64,000 nucleotides of DNA from Rhodospirillales bacterium (GTDB taxonomy: Bacteria > Pseudomonadota > Alphaproteobacteria > Micavibrionales > Micavibrionaceae). The stretch is from the NCBI GenBank assembly GCA_020638335.1, contig JACKIT010000007.1, forward strand, positions 45-64,044. The letters are read 5' to 3'. Of this stretch, positions 48,065-55,722 are shown piece by piece. The position numbers and the translations under genes are program-made. The number at the start of each line of letters is the position of its first letter. Position 1 is the first letter of the stretch. The notes under the pieces were generated by a model, which had not been told where the DNA came from, ran no database searches, and saw only the letters and a program-made list of their open reading frames with translations.

Positions 48065-48280
48065 AATAATGTCCTTTTTAAAAGATTGATTTTAAGAGTT
48101 TTTAAAAAAACGTCCTGGCCGATGAAGGCATAGCAGCCATTCGACGTGGCGAGGGTTTTGCTGTTTTTCCTTCAGCGCGCCCAAGGGCGACTTTTTCCAC
48201 GATAGCCTGGGGGTTGATTCTCAGGCCGTTTTTTTACGCGGCATCACGCCAGAGCTTTGGCAAACCCCTAACATATGAGA

Positions 48281-48700
48281 TTATAGATCAGACGGAATTA
48301 CGATAAGTTCCAATTCGGCGATCTTTTGATTATTTGCGCCAGGATCAGGAAAAAACAAGCTCAATTTTTGTTCAAGCTTTTGATCAAATCGTATCCTGAA
48401 GTGCGTCATAACCGTTTCAGATAAAGACAAACGGCGGCCTTTCAACATAAAATCCGCTTCGAAATCATCCTGTACAAAACGAAAAGCCGCGTTGATATAT
48501 TCTCTTATATCCGGCTTACTCTCTACAAAATAAGGGAGTGTTAAAAAACAGGTCTTCTGTTCGATGTTGCAAATTGTGCTTTGCGGTTCTCCTTTGGGAT
48601 TAACTGGATTAATTTTTATTTCATATTTTTCACAAAGCGCCGCATGGCTCCAAAACAGACACAAGATAAAAACAGACAGATTTAAAAAAGAATACTTCAT
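48281..48700 (-). CDS. Hypothetical secreted protein (139 aa), AT-rich accessory gene
   Basis: Signal-like MKYSFLNLSVFILCLFWSHAALC. ORF only. Confidence 0.5.
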   Translation of the reverse strand: MKYSFLNLSVFILCLFWSHAALCEKYEIKINPVNPKGEPQSTICNIEQKTCFLTLPYFVESKPDIREYINAAFRFVQDDFEADFMLKGRRLSLSETVMTHFRIRFDQKLEQKLSLFFPDPGANNQKIAELELIVIPSDL

Positions 48701-48816
48701 CTTTAAATATTTTTTTCTATCGGCGGAAATTGCCATGGAGCATAATCGTTATGTCCATGTGAAATATGAGGGATATGTATATCCGGGTCAATATTCGGAT
48801 TTCCCCTTTCTTTTTA

Positions 48817-49335
48817 TTAAAACAGCCGATCGAAGAGCGTCAGTTCGTTATTCAGTTTTTGACGTTGCTGGAGCTGGGTGGCTTGCAGAAGGTTGAGGCT
48901 GCGGTTTTGGCTTTCGCCCAGATCAAGCGCGCGGGTACGCAGAGAGTCCAGCTCGGTGCGGCGGTTGATCTCATCTTCAGTTTCGTCGAACAGGCCGAGC
49001 AGGACGGCTTGCGCGCTGCCGCCGCTGGCGCTGATCCCCTGCCCGCCGAAGCTGGCGCGCTGGCGAGCAACTGCACGGCGCAGAGCGGCGCGGCGATCTT
49101 CCTCATCTTGAGCGGTCTGCGTGGCGATTTTCTCACGTTCCAGCGCGTTGCTTTGCGCCAGCCTTGCCTGTTCAAGGCGCTGGCGTTCCTGCAATTGGCG
49201 CAGGGCGAGGTCTTGCTCCTGTCGGCTATTGCTGTTGCCGCTGAGCGTCTGAACAGCGCCGACGACCTGGCCGAGTGTGTTAAGCGTGCCGACAGCCGCG
49301 CTGAGGCCGCTGGCGATGGGGGTGATGGCTCCCAT
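48817..49335 (-). CDS. Gln/Arg/Leu-rich coiled-coil virion-type protein (172 aa), occupying the position of T7 gp13/gp14
   Basis: N-terminal Gly/Ala-rich hydrophobic segment, then a long coiled coil (LRQLQERQRLEQARLAQ...). Assigned by position only. Confidence 0.5.
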   Translation of the reverse strand: MGAITPIASGLSAAVGTLNTLGQVVGAVQTLSGNSNSRQEQDLALRQLQERQRLEQARLAQSNALEREKIATQTAQDEEDRRAALRRAVARQRASFGGQGISASGGSAQAVLLGLFDETEDEINRRTELDSLRTRALDLGESQNRSLNLLQATQLQQRQKLNNELTLFDRLF

Positions 49336-49460
49336 GGGAACCTCCTTTCTGATTGTTGTGAATAAAGTGTATATTTTGAATAAAAATTACGGTTTTACGG
49401 TTGTTTTTTTATTTAAATGTCTTTACTGGGTTAAAAATATATAAAAAACATTATTTTTTG

Positions 49461-49490
49461 TTGACATATGGAATATTATTATGGTAAATA
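49461..49490 (+). promoter_or_regulatory. Candidate sigma-70 promoter for the plus-strand 65-aa ORF
   Basis: TTGACA (49461-49466), an 18-nt spacer, then TAAATA (49485-49490), within an AT-rich gap. Confidence 0.4.
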
Positions 49491-49526
49491 TGTTCGCATC
49501 ATTCAACAAAAGAAAGAGAGTGAGTT

Positions 49527-49724
49527 ATGTCTAAAGAACTTTATGCAGCTGTTGAAGGTTTAGAGCCTGGCCAGACCTTTTCCCAGGTAGCCACGAACGC
49601 ACCAAAAACCTCATGGGACTATCATTCTGGCAGTTCTTTTTCGCCAACAGACAATCCTTTGAGATCTGTTTCTCAGGATGATGACGGACGTCTTGTCATT
49701 GCACATCCTGGCCTCCGCCATTAA
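49527..49724 (+). CDS. Small hypothetical protein (65 aa) antisense to the cluster's direction
   Basis: ORF with upstream agagag and a candidate promoter. Confidence 0.4.
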   Translation: MSKELYAAVEGLEPGQTFSQVATNAPKTSWDYHSGSSFSPTDNPLRSVSQDDDGRLVIAHPGLRH

Positions 49725-51619
49725 TCATTAACTTTTAATTGCGTTGTTACGGACAGCAGGGTGAAGCCTAGCGGCACATCCTGCTCGATCCGCCACAGGG
49801 CCTTCGTCGCGTCGGTTTGCCAGCCGAGGCTGCGAACCTTAATGTCGCCGCTGACTTTTGGCGGCGGTGCATCGAGAATCGGGTCCTCACCGAGCTGACG
49901 CAGGGCGATGTCCGACAGGCCGCGACCAATATCGAGCCGCAAGCTTTGCGTATCCTGTACACGGAAAATTCCTTCAATCAGGCGCACACGCCGCCCTCCC
50001 CCGGCATTGCCTAATTCACTCGGCGGCAGAGGCTGCACGATATGGGTATAGGGCAGGCCGATCTCGACAGCAGTGGCGGCTTCGGCCAAAGTGATCTGCC
50101 CGCCGGTAACGGTCTGGTTATCGACAACCTCACCATCGGCGACGATTGCGACGCTTTTGCCTTCGAGATGATCGAGACCTGACCACACGGTTGCAGGTGT
50201 GCCGACTTCGCCGGTCAGGGCAGAGTCGAGATTGAGCGCATCGTCGAATTGCTCGACGAAATAATCGCCGGCACGCTGGACGAGCATATAAACCTCATCG
50301 CCGACAACGGCGACAGATTTCACCGCGCCATCGGTATTATGCAGCGTCCAGGCGGCAACGCTTTCGGCGCGAAAAACAGTGAGCGCGGCGAATTGACCGT
50401 CAGCGCGCACCAGGAATAACAAGCGGCGGCGGGAATCGTAATCCATATCGACTGGGTCGGTGATCACATGTTTTGAGAGCAGCGCGAGATCGGAGGATTT
50501 ATAGGCCTGCTCCAAATCAGTATAGAGGAATTCCTGCACTTCCTGTTTATTGCGAGCGATGAACAGCGTCGCGCCGTCAACATTGGTCGGCGGGATATAG
50601 CGCTCAATTAGCGAACCAATACGCGTCTGGCGGCGGATCTGGACGCTGGCGGGGGTGAGCGGATCGCCGGTGACCTGCCATTCGGCGCCGGAGGTGAAAA
50701 CTTGCAAATGCCGCCCGGAAAAGATACCGCGAATGGCGTTGACCTGATCGGACAGGATGGCGAACTCAATAGATTCATCATCGAGGCCTTCGCCAAGATC
50801 GAAATTGAACAGATCGCCGCTTTTGGAAAACCACAGGCGGTTGGGTAAATCGCGGCTGCCGCCAATGACAAGGCGGTCCTGATGGAAGGCGACTGTGGCG
50901 GGATAACCGCGCACAGGGGAAAAGGCCTGCTCGAACCAGTCGATTGTGGGATCGGTATTTGGCAGGTCTTCTATGGTTGTGACTGTCACGACCGTGGGGG
51001 AGTCGTAATCTGTGATTTCGACTTCACTGCCTGCGACGCGCAGGCGGGTGCCTTCGTGGCCTGCGTCAAAGACGCTGGCTGATGCGGTCAGCGTAATGCT
51101 GCCCGTTGTGCCGGAGGGGGTAAGCGTCACTTCGCTATCGGCGAATTTGAAATAGGGTTGGTACAGGATTCCCCCATCGGTGAAGAAACTCCAGTCTTCC
51201 AGCATCCATGTGCCTGCGCCCGAGCGGGTGAGTTTTTTCGGCGGGACTTCCGGATGGGTGAGCAGCAGCGTATCGGCGCTTTGCGTCCAGGCGAGCTGCG
51301 CGATTTGGGAAGCCGTCCATGGCGCGGTGATGGTGGTTTCTTTGGCACCATTTGTGTAGACATCAATCTGGCCGTCGGTAATAACCAGCAGCGAGGTTTG
51401 CTGGGTGTTAAACTCAAAGGCAATCAGCTTGCCGTCACCGGCGGCGGTATCAATATAGGCCAGCCCGGCGCGGCGGGTAATGCCGCCGGTGGGCTGGATA
51501 AAGACATTGCGCAGGGCCAGCGCGCCGTTGTCATAGGCGCGCAAATCCCCACGACCTAACAGTTCTCGGCTGATCTCGCCAGCGGTGAAGTTGGTTTTGA
51601 TTTCACGTATGCGTGTCAT
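49721..51619 (-). CDS. Tail tubular protein B (T7 gp12-like), 632 aa
   Basis: The N-terminus TNFTAGEISRELLGRGDLRAYDNGALALRNVFIQPTGGITRRAG parallels T7 gp12 KNLKGGISQQPDILRYPDQGSRQVNGWSSETEGLQKRP (from memory). AAGGA precedes the ATG at 51619. The track's N-terminal extension lies in a repeat. Confidence 0.75.
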   Translation of the reverse strand: MTRIREIKTNFTAGEISRELLGRGDLRAYDNGALALRNVFIQPTGGITRRAGLAYIDTAAGDGKLIAFEFNTQQTSLLVITDGQIDVYTNGAKETTITAPWTASQIAQLAWTQSADTLLLTHPEVPPKKLTRSGAGTWMLEDWSFFTDGGILYQPYFKFADSEVTLTPSGTTGSITLTASASVFDAGHEGTRLRVAGSEVEITDYDSPTVVTVTTIEDLPNTDPTIDWFEQAFSPVRGYPATVAFHQDRLVIGGSRDLPNRLWFSKSGDLFNFDLGEGLDDESIEFAILSDQVNAIRGIFSGRHLQVFTSGAEWQVTGDPLTPASVQIRRQTRIGSLIERYIPPTNVDGATLFIARNKQEVQEFLYTDLEQAYKSSDLALLSKHVITDPVDMDYDSRRRLLFLVRADGQFAALTVFRAESVAAWTLHNTDGAVKSVAVVGDEVYMLVQRAGDYFVEQFDDALNLDSALTGEVGTPATVWSGLDHLEGKSVAIVADGEVVDNQTVTGGQITLAEAATAVEIGLPYTHIVQPLPPSELGNAGGGRRVRLIEGIFRVQDTQSLRLDIGRGLSDIALRQLGEDPILDAPPPKVSGDIKVRSLGWQTDATKALWRIEQDVPLGFTLLSVTTQLKVND

Positions 51620-51644
51620 TGATTTTTCCTTTGATTGAGTAAAC

Positions 51645-51713
51645 GTCATTGCGAGCGCCAGCGAAGCAATCCATGGATTGCCGCGTCGAAGCTGCGCTTC
51701 TCCTCGCAATGAC
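51645..51713. repeat. Family-1 palindromic element (69 bp)
   Basis: gtcattgcgagcgccagcgaagcaatccatggattgccgcgtcgaagctgcgcttctcctcgcaatgac. Confidence 0.8.
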
Positions 51714-51790
51714 GGTGAAATTCAGGCAACAAAAAACCCGCCGCTCTGATTCTGAGGGGCGGGTTTGGGGAATTTAACTTCTAAAAATTT

Positions 51791-52165
51791 TCAATACTGA
51801 AAAGGCCCAGGTAGACATGGAGAATGTTCTGTAGCTTCCTGACCATCTTTTGCGGGTTTAACTCCCCTGCATTCCGATTTTAACATTCTCTCAAGAAGTT
51901 CTATGCCAACTTTAGGAGGCCAATTATCGGATGCTTTCAACTCACCAATTCTTTTTACGACTTGTCGTTCAATCTCTGATTGTGCATCATGCACTCTTTG
52001 GCATGCCTCATTTTCCGCAGCCGATCCTCCTGTGCAAGGGGTAAATTGTCTGGATAGATGGTTTCCTTTGGCGCTGCCATCGTTAGCCTGATCTTGAGCC
52101 AAAGCTGCGCTTGTACCAAGTGTCAACGTGGCTGTTAAAATTGCATTTCTCAAAAAATGCGCCAT
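51791..52165 (-). CDS. Hypothetical secreted Cys-containing protein (124 aa)
   Basis: GGAGAG Shine-Dalgarno sequence and signal peptide MAHFLRNAILTATLTLGTSAALA. Confidence 0.55.
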   Translation of the reverse strand: MAHFLRNAILTATLTLGTSAALAQDQANDGSAKGNHLSRQFTPCTGGSAAENEACQRVHDAQSEIERQVVKRIGELKASDNWPPKVGIELLERMLKSECRGVKPAKDGQEATEHSPCLPGPFQY

Positions 52166-52231
52166 TACGCTCTCCGTGCTGTTTATTACGATGAGGCACG
52201 CTAGCACATATGAAGCACGAAGTCAATAATT

Positions 52232-52361
52232 ATGTTAAATTATTATCCCCGTAATCAACAAGCGTGAAGCTTTCGATTTTGTTGGGGGTGTCTTGCTGCA
52301 CATCGATTTGGCGGGCGCGTTGGAATTCCTGATCGGCGATGCGGAAATGTGCTTCGGCGCG
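52232..52361 (-). pseudogene. Remnant of a second tail tubular A gene 3' end (diverged duplicate of 52677..52784)
   Basis: An ungapped hand alignment of 52254..52361 against 52677..52784 (offset 423) gives 9 mismatches in 108 nt. The frame is retained to its own TAA (...LVDYGDNNLT*). The upstream side is cut off by a family-1 repeat fragment at 52362. Confidence 0.75.
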
Positions 52362-52461
52362 ACAATCCATCTCTGGATTGCTTCGGCAATAAAAATCTCT
52401 GTCCTAAGGGAGCAATGCTTGACTTTTTGCCCCTTAATCCTTTATCTGTGAAGTCCGTTGA

Positions 52462-52537
52462 AGGGGTATAGCTCAGTTGGTAGAGCGACGGTCTCCAAAA
52501 CCGTAGGTCGCGGGTTCAAGTCCTGCTGCCCCTGCCA
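52462..52537 (+). tRNA. trnW: tRNA-Trp (anticodon CCA)
   Basis: Folded by hand: acceptor AGGGGTA/TGCCCCT, D arm GCTC-AGTTGGTA-GAGC, anticodon arm ACGGT-CTCCAAA-ACCGT, variable loop AGGTC, T arm GCGGG-TTCAAGT-CCTGC, discriminator G, encoded CCA. Total 76 nt. Confidence 0.95.
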
Positions 52538-52664
52538 TTTCAGCCCGGCGAAAAAGATTCTCTTAAGGCTATAGATGCCCCCGGATTTACCCGAGGGTAT
52601 CTATTCGCAATCCAAACATAATCGAATAGCAAGACAGCAAATCCATCGATGTTATGTCCAATAT

Positions 52665-53234
52665 TCAATCCCGCACATCAACAAGGGTAAAGCTTTCGAT
52701 TTTGTTGGGGGTGTCTTGCTGGGCGTCGATCTGGCGGGCGCGCTGGAATTCCTGATCGGCGATGCGGAAATGCGCCTCGGCGCGGGATGTGCTTTCCGTC
52801 ACGGGAATTGTAAATTCCGCCGATAGCCTTGCGATGAGCGCCTGATCAAAAAACGGTGGAAATTCGCTTTCATCAGGGAGAAAAACATAGGTGAGCACAA
52901 CGGCGCTGGCGTTGGTGTGCAGCACGCCGTTGGCGATGCGGTAGTTAAGGCCGCGCCCTTTTGTGCCTGTTCCGGCGCTGATGGCGCGCAGATAATCGTT
53001 GGGCAGGCCGAAGGCGAAACTGTAATCGGCGATGGGGGCTGTGCTTAGCTGGGTCAATGCGACCTGGCCGGTGGCGAAGGTCCACGGATAAGCCGAGAGC
53101 AGGCCATCGCGCACAGGGGCATAGAGCGCGCCGGCAATTTCGGATTCGGCTGTGCCGTCGTCAAAGGAAGTGATTGGCGCGGCGCCAATTCTTATAAGTG
53201 CGCGCGAAGCCAGCGCGACATCATTGAGAGCCAT
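52665..53234 (-). CDS. Tail tubular protein A (T7 gp11-like), 189 aa
   Basis: LNDVALASRALIRIGAAPITSFDDGTAESEIAGALYAPVRDGLLSAYPWTFA parallels T7 gp11 [46 protein letters not shown] (from memory). The size also matches. Confidence 0.75.
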   Translation of the reverse strand: MALNDVALASRALIRIGAAPITSFDDGTAESEIAGALYAPVRDGLLSAYPWTFATGQVALTQLSTAPIADYSFAFGLPNDYLRAISAGTGTKGRGLNYRIANGVLHTNASAVVLTYVFLPDESEFPPFFDQALIARLSAEFTIPVTESTSRAEAHFRIADQEFQRARQIDAQQDTPNKIESFTLVDVRD

Positions 53235-53257
53235 GTTTTTCTCCTTATTTTTGGTCT

Positions 53258-53323
53258 GTCATTTCGAGCACAGCGAGAAATCTCACCAGGTTATATGAGA
53301 TCCCTCGCTATGCTCGGGATGAC
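53258..53323. repeat. Family-1 palindromic element (66 bp)
   Basis: gtcatttcgagcacagcgagaaatctcaccaggttatatgagatccctcgctatgctcgggatgac. Confidence 0.8.
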
Positions 53324-53569
53324 AGTGAAGTGGTTTGCAAAGGTGGGGCAGCCCCGCCTTGCCGTGAAGAGGAAAGGCAAGAGCGTGGACTGCACCCTTG
53401 CGAAGCAAGTCCAGAGTATTTGTTCGCGTCTAAAAGAAACGAACAAAATATCCGGTTTTGCTTCACGATCGATACTTCCTGAAACTCACTAAAGCCGGGC
53501 TTGGCGAGCGTCTTTGTGCAAGCCGGAAACGGCTAGCGCTCAAAGCCTTAAGCAGTGATTCCCTTATCC

Positions 53570-53635
53570 GGCATCCCGGATCTGGTCCGGGATCTCTCCT
53601 TTTTTGGATGAGATCCCCGCTTTCGCGGGGATGCT
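53570..53635. repeat. 66-bp double-hairpin module, copy 1
   Basis: ggcatcccgga-tctgg-tccgggat ... gatccccgc-tttc-gcggggatgct. It has the same length and the same ends as 53949..54014. Confidence 0.7.
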
Positions 53636-53683
53636 TTTTGGGGAAAGGGCATTTTCAGAGAGAAAACGATCCGCAGCTATGGT

Positions 53684-53923
53684 TTACACATAGGCTGCGA
53701 TCGTGACACTGCCGCCGGAATTGGCCGTAACGACGTAAAATTTCGTTACCGGGGTTCCATCAGTATCGACATTCGCGATGATCAAATCATTCACACGCAG
53801 CATGTCGGAAGCCTTGTCAAAGTAAGATGCTACCGTGACATCGGCGTCAATGGTGACATAGTGCCAAAGTGTGAAGTTGTTGGCGTACGCAAGCACGCTC
53901 AAATCAGATGCTGTAAAAGCCAT
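53684..53923 (-). CDS. Small conserved-looking phage protein (79 aa) downstream of the capsid gene
   Basis: MAFTASDLSVLAYANNFTLWHYVT.... Assigned by position. The start is taken at the internal Met, outside the repeat. Confidence 0.5.
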   Translation of the reverse strand: MAFTASDLSVLAYANNFTLWHYVTIDADVTVASYFDKASDMLRVNDLIIANVDTDGTPVTKFYVVTANSGGSVTIAAYV

Positions 53924-53948
53924 TGTTTTGTTCCTTTCAAAAGTAGCT

Positions 53949-54014
53949 GGCATCCCGGACTCGATCCGGGATTTTATAGTTTTTGAAAAAGATCCCCGCT
54001 TTCGCGGGGATGCT
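53949..54014. repeat. 66-bp double-hairpin module, copy 2
   Basis: ggcatcccgga-ctcga-tccgggat ... gatccccgc-tttc-gcggggatgct. Confidence 0.7.
53980..54012 (-). terminator. Candidate intrinsic terminator or attenuator immediately after the major capsid gene
   Basis: On the minus strand: ATCCCCGC-GAAA-GCGGGGAT (GNRA loop) followed by CTTTTTC. It lies 14 nt after the capsid stop codon. Confidence 0.5.
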
Positions 54015-54025
54015 ACATTCAGGGA

Positions 54026-54859
54026 TTAGTCGGGTGTTTCATCACAATCGATGGTGATGATGCCGTTTTCGTCAATCAAACCTGCGCCCTGACTCATCAT
54101 GTTATTGACGAAGTGGGCGGCGCGGTCGCCATGCCACGAGACATCGGTTTCAACATCGCTGGCGGCAGCGTGACCGACGGAAGTTTTATGATACCAGAAG
54201 CAAGAGCGGATATCGTTGGCATCGACCGGCAAACCGGAATGCGGAATAAAGATTGTTCCGAGGAACATCTTGGCTTGTGTGATGGATGCAAATGGCAGCG
54301 CATCAGCACCGATGTAATCTGCGTTGACAAATTCATCGATGGCAAGCAATTCGCTCCATTGTTTCCAGCCGACGACACAGAAACGCTGGCCATCATCAGG
54401 TACATCTTTTTCACCGAAGGTTTCAAAAGCTTCGAGAATTTTATCCTTGGTCATGCCGACATTGCCATCAACGATGGTGCTGGCCGATGCGCTGGCCAAA
54501 GAATCGATGATCAGTTCATCGGTCTTACGACCCAGTGCGTTAGCACCGGCGCTGGCGATCACCTGACGTTCATCGATATTGACTTTGAGTTCATCAAGAC
54601 GGTCGATCCAGTCGCCTGCATAATAGTCCTGCAATGTGACTTCGACGTTGGAGTGATCCAAATTCATCACCGGCACCATGCCGTGGGTGGATTTGGTGGA
54701 GGCGGTGCCTTTGCCAATCTTTTGAAAGACTGCTGAGGAACCGTTGACATTGGAAATTGTGCGCACCGTGTTCCGTAATTTGGAACCCTGACGCTGGTAG
54801 GCTTCATGCACTTCGCGTTCGAATTGCTTGATGAAAGCCTGATCTATTGTTGTAGACAT
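54026..54859 (-). CDS. Major capsid protein (T7 gp10-like), 277 aa
   Basis: FEREVHEAYQRQGSKLRNTVRTISNVNGSSAVFQKIG parallels T7 gp10 FGGEVLTAFARTSVTTSRHMVRSISSGKSAQFPVLG (from memory). It also lies after the scaffold gene. Confidence 0.8.
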   Translation of the reverse strand: MSTTIDQAFIKQFEREVHEAYQRQGSKLRNTVRTISNVNGSSAVFQKIGKGTASTKSTHGMVPVMNLDHSNVEVTLQDYYAGDWIDRLDELKVNIDERQVIASAGANALGRKTDELIIDSLASASASTIVDGNVGMTKDKILEAFETFGEKDVPDDGQRFCVVGWKQWSELLAIDEFVNADYIGADALPFASITQAKMFLGTIFIPHSGLPVDANDIRSCFWYHKTSVGHAAASDVETDVSWHGDRAAHFVNNMMSQGAGLIDENGIITIDCDETPD

Positions 54860-55062
54860 AGGCGATAACCTTTTCTTTTAAAGTTGCTAAAGGAGTTTGA
54901 GGCCCGGCCCTCAAAACAGGTTGTCGCTCAGCGCGGTGAACGGCCATTATCACGGGACCCACAAGGCATATTTATGCTATTACAGCATCTTATGTTGTCC
55001 TGGGGGTGAATTCTTATAAAGACGCCGCAGGATAGACTCCTGGCGTTGATGAAGTATATAAT

Positions 55063-55076
55063 AGGAATTTATTCTT
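55063..55076. promoter_or_regulatory. 14-bp palindromic motif AGGAATTTATTCTT (candidate operator)
   Basis: It shares the exact 10-mer GAATTTATTC with 59590..59603. Both lie in intergenic regions of the cluster. Confidence 0.3.
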
Positions 55077-55103
55077 AAATGTCAAGAAAAAATTAACCCG
55101 CAT

Positions 55104-55133
55104 TTGACTTTTTTCTAATACAAGCCCTATAAT
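55104..55133 (+). promoter_or_regulatory. Sigma-70-type promoter for the PilZ gene
   Basis: TTGACT (55104-55109), an 18-nt spacer, then TATAAT (55128-55133), 94 nt upstream of the ATG. Confidence 0.55.
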
Positions 55134-55226
55134 TGCCATAATTATGTGGATACTAGGCACTGTATAGAATTGTAATTTTTACTAAAAACACTTAGACTGT
55201 GCGTTGAAAGAATGGGGATATAAAAA

Positions 55227-55619
55227 ATGTTTGGTCAATTATTTTCATCGCTTAAAGCTGGCAATAGTAACGAAGAGCAAAGTGTACGTAGACGTCATGC
55301 GCGCCGTGATTGTGATCGTTGCGTTACGGTTATCAACGGGCAAACTTATCCGGTTGAAAACTGGTCTTTAGGCGGCGTTCTTATCAGTTCTGACGAACGC
55401 CAGTTTGGCCTTGAGGATGAAGTGGGCGTAACGATGCGGTTTCGTTTACGGGACAATATTATTGATGTGCCTCATTCCGCCGAAGTTGTGCGCAAGACCA
55501 AAAACAAAGTGGCATTCCGATTCAAGCCGTTGACGCAGCAAATTCGCAGCAATTTTCAAAATGTCATTGACGATTACGTTGCTTCCCAGTTTGCAGCCTC
55601 GCAAAGTCAGTTTCGTTAG
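55227..55619 (+). CDS. PilZ-domain protein (c-di-GMP receptor type), opposite strand inside the structural module
   Basis: RRRHARR (RxxxR), then NWSLGG (D/N-x-S-x-x-G) about 20 residues later. Size 130 aa. Confidence 0.75.
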   Translation: MFGQLFSSLKAGNSNEEQSVRRRHARRDCDRCVTVINGQTYPVENWSLGGVLISSDERQFGLEDEVGVTMRFRLRDNIIDVPHSAEVVRKTKNKVAFRFKPLTQQIRSNFQNVIDDYVASQFAASQSQFR

Positions 55620-55630
55620 AATGAAGTAAT

Positions 55631-55708
55631 GTCATTGCGAGGAAGGTCGCAAGACCTGACGCGACAATCCAGTTATGGGTGGATTGCTTCGCATTCGCTC
55701 GCAATGAC
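55631..55708. repeat. Family-1 palindromic element (78 bp)
   Basis: gtcattgcgaggaaggtcgcaagacctgacgcgacaatccagttatgggtggattgcttcgcattcgctcgcaatgac. Confidence 0.8.
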
Positions 55709-55722
55709 ACACTTGCTGTAAT

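Noticed and set aside
52462-52537. tRNA-Trp as the attachment site dividing two separate prophages
   Set aside because: The genes on both sides continue the same collinear T7 order (tubular A, then tubular B) on the same strand. No integrase and no partial tRNA copy were seen. An internal cargo insertion fits better.
54113-54736. 207-aa plus-strand ORF inside the capsid gene, and the 59991-60617 minus-strand ORF inside pyrE
   Set aside because: Both are antisense to genes with strong sequence-level identification.
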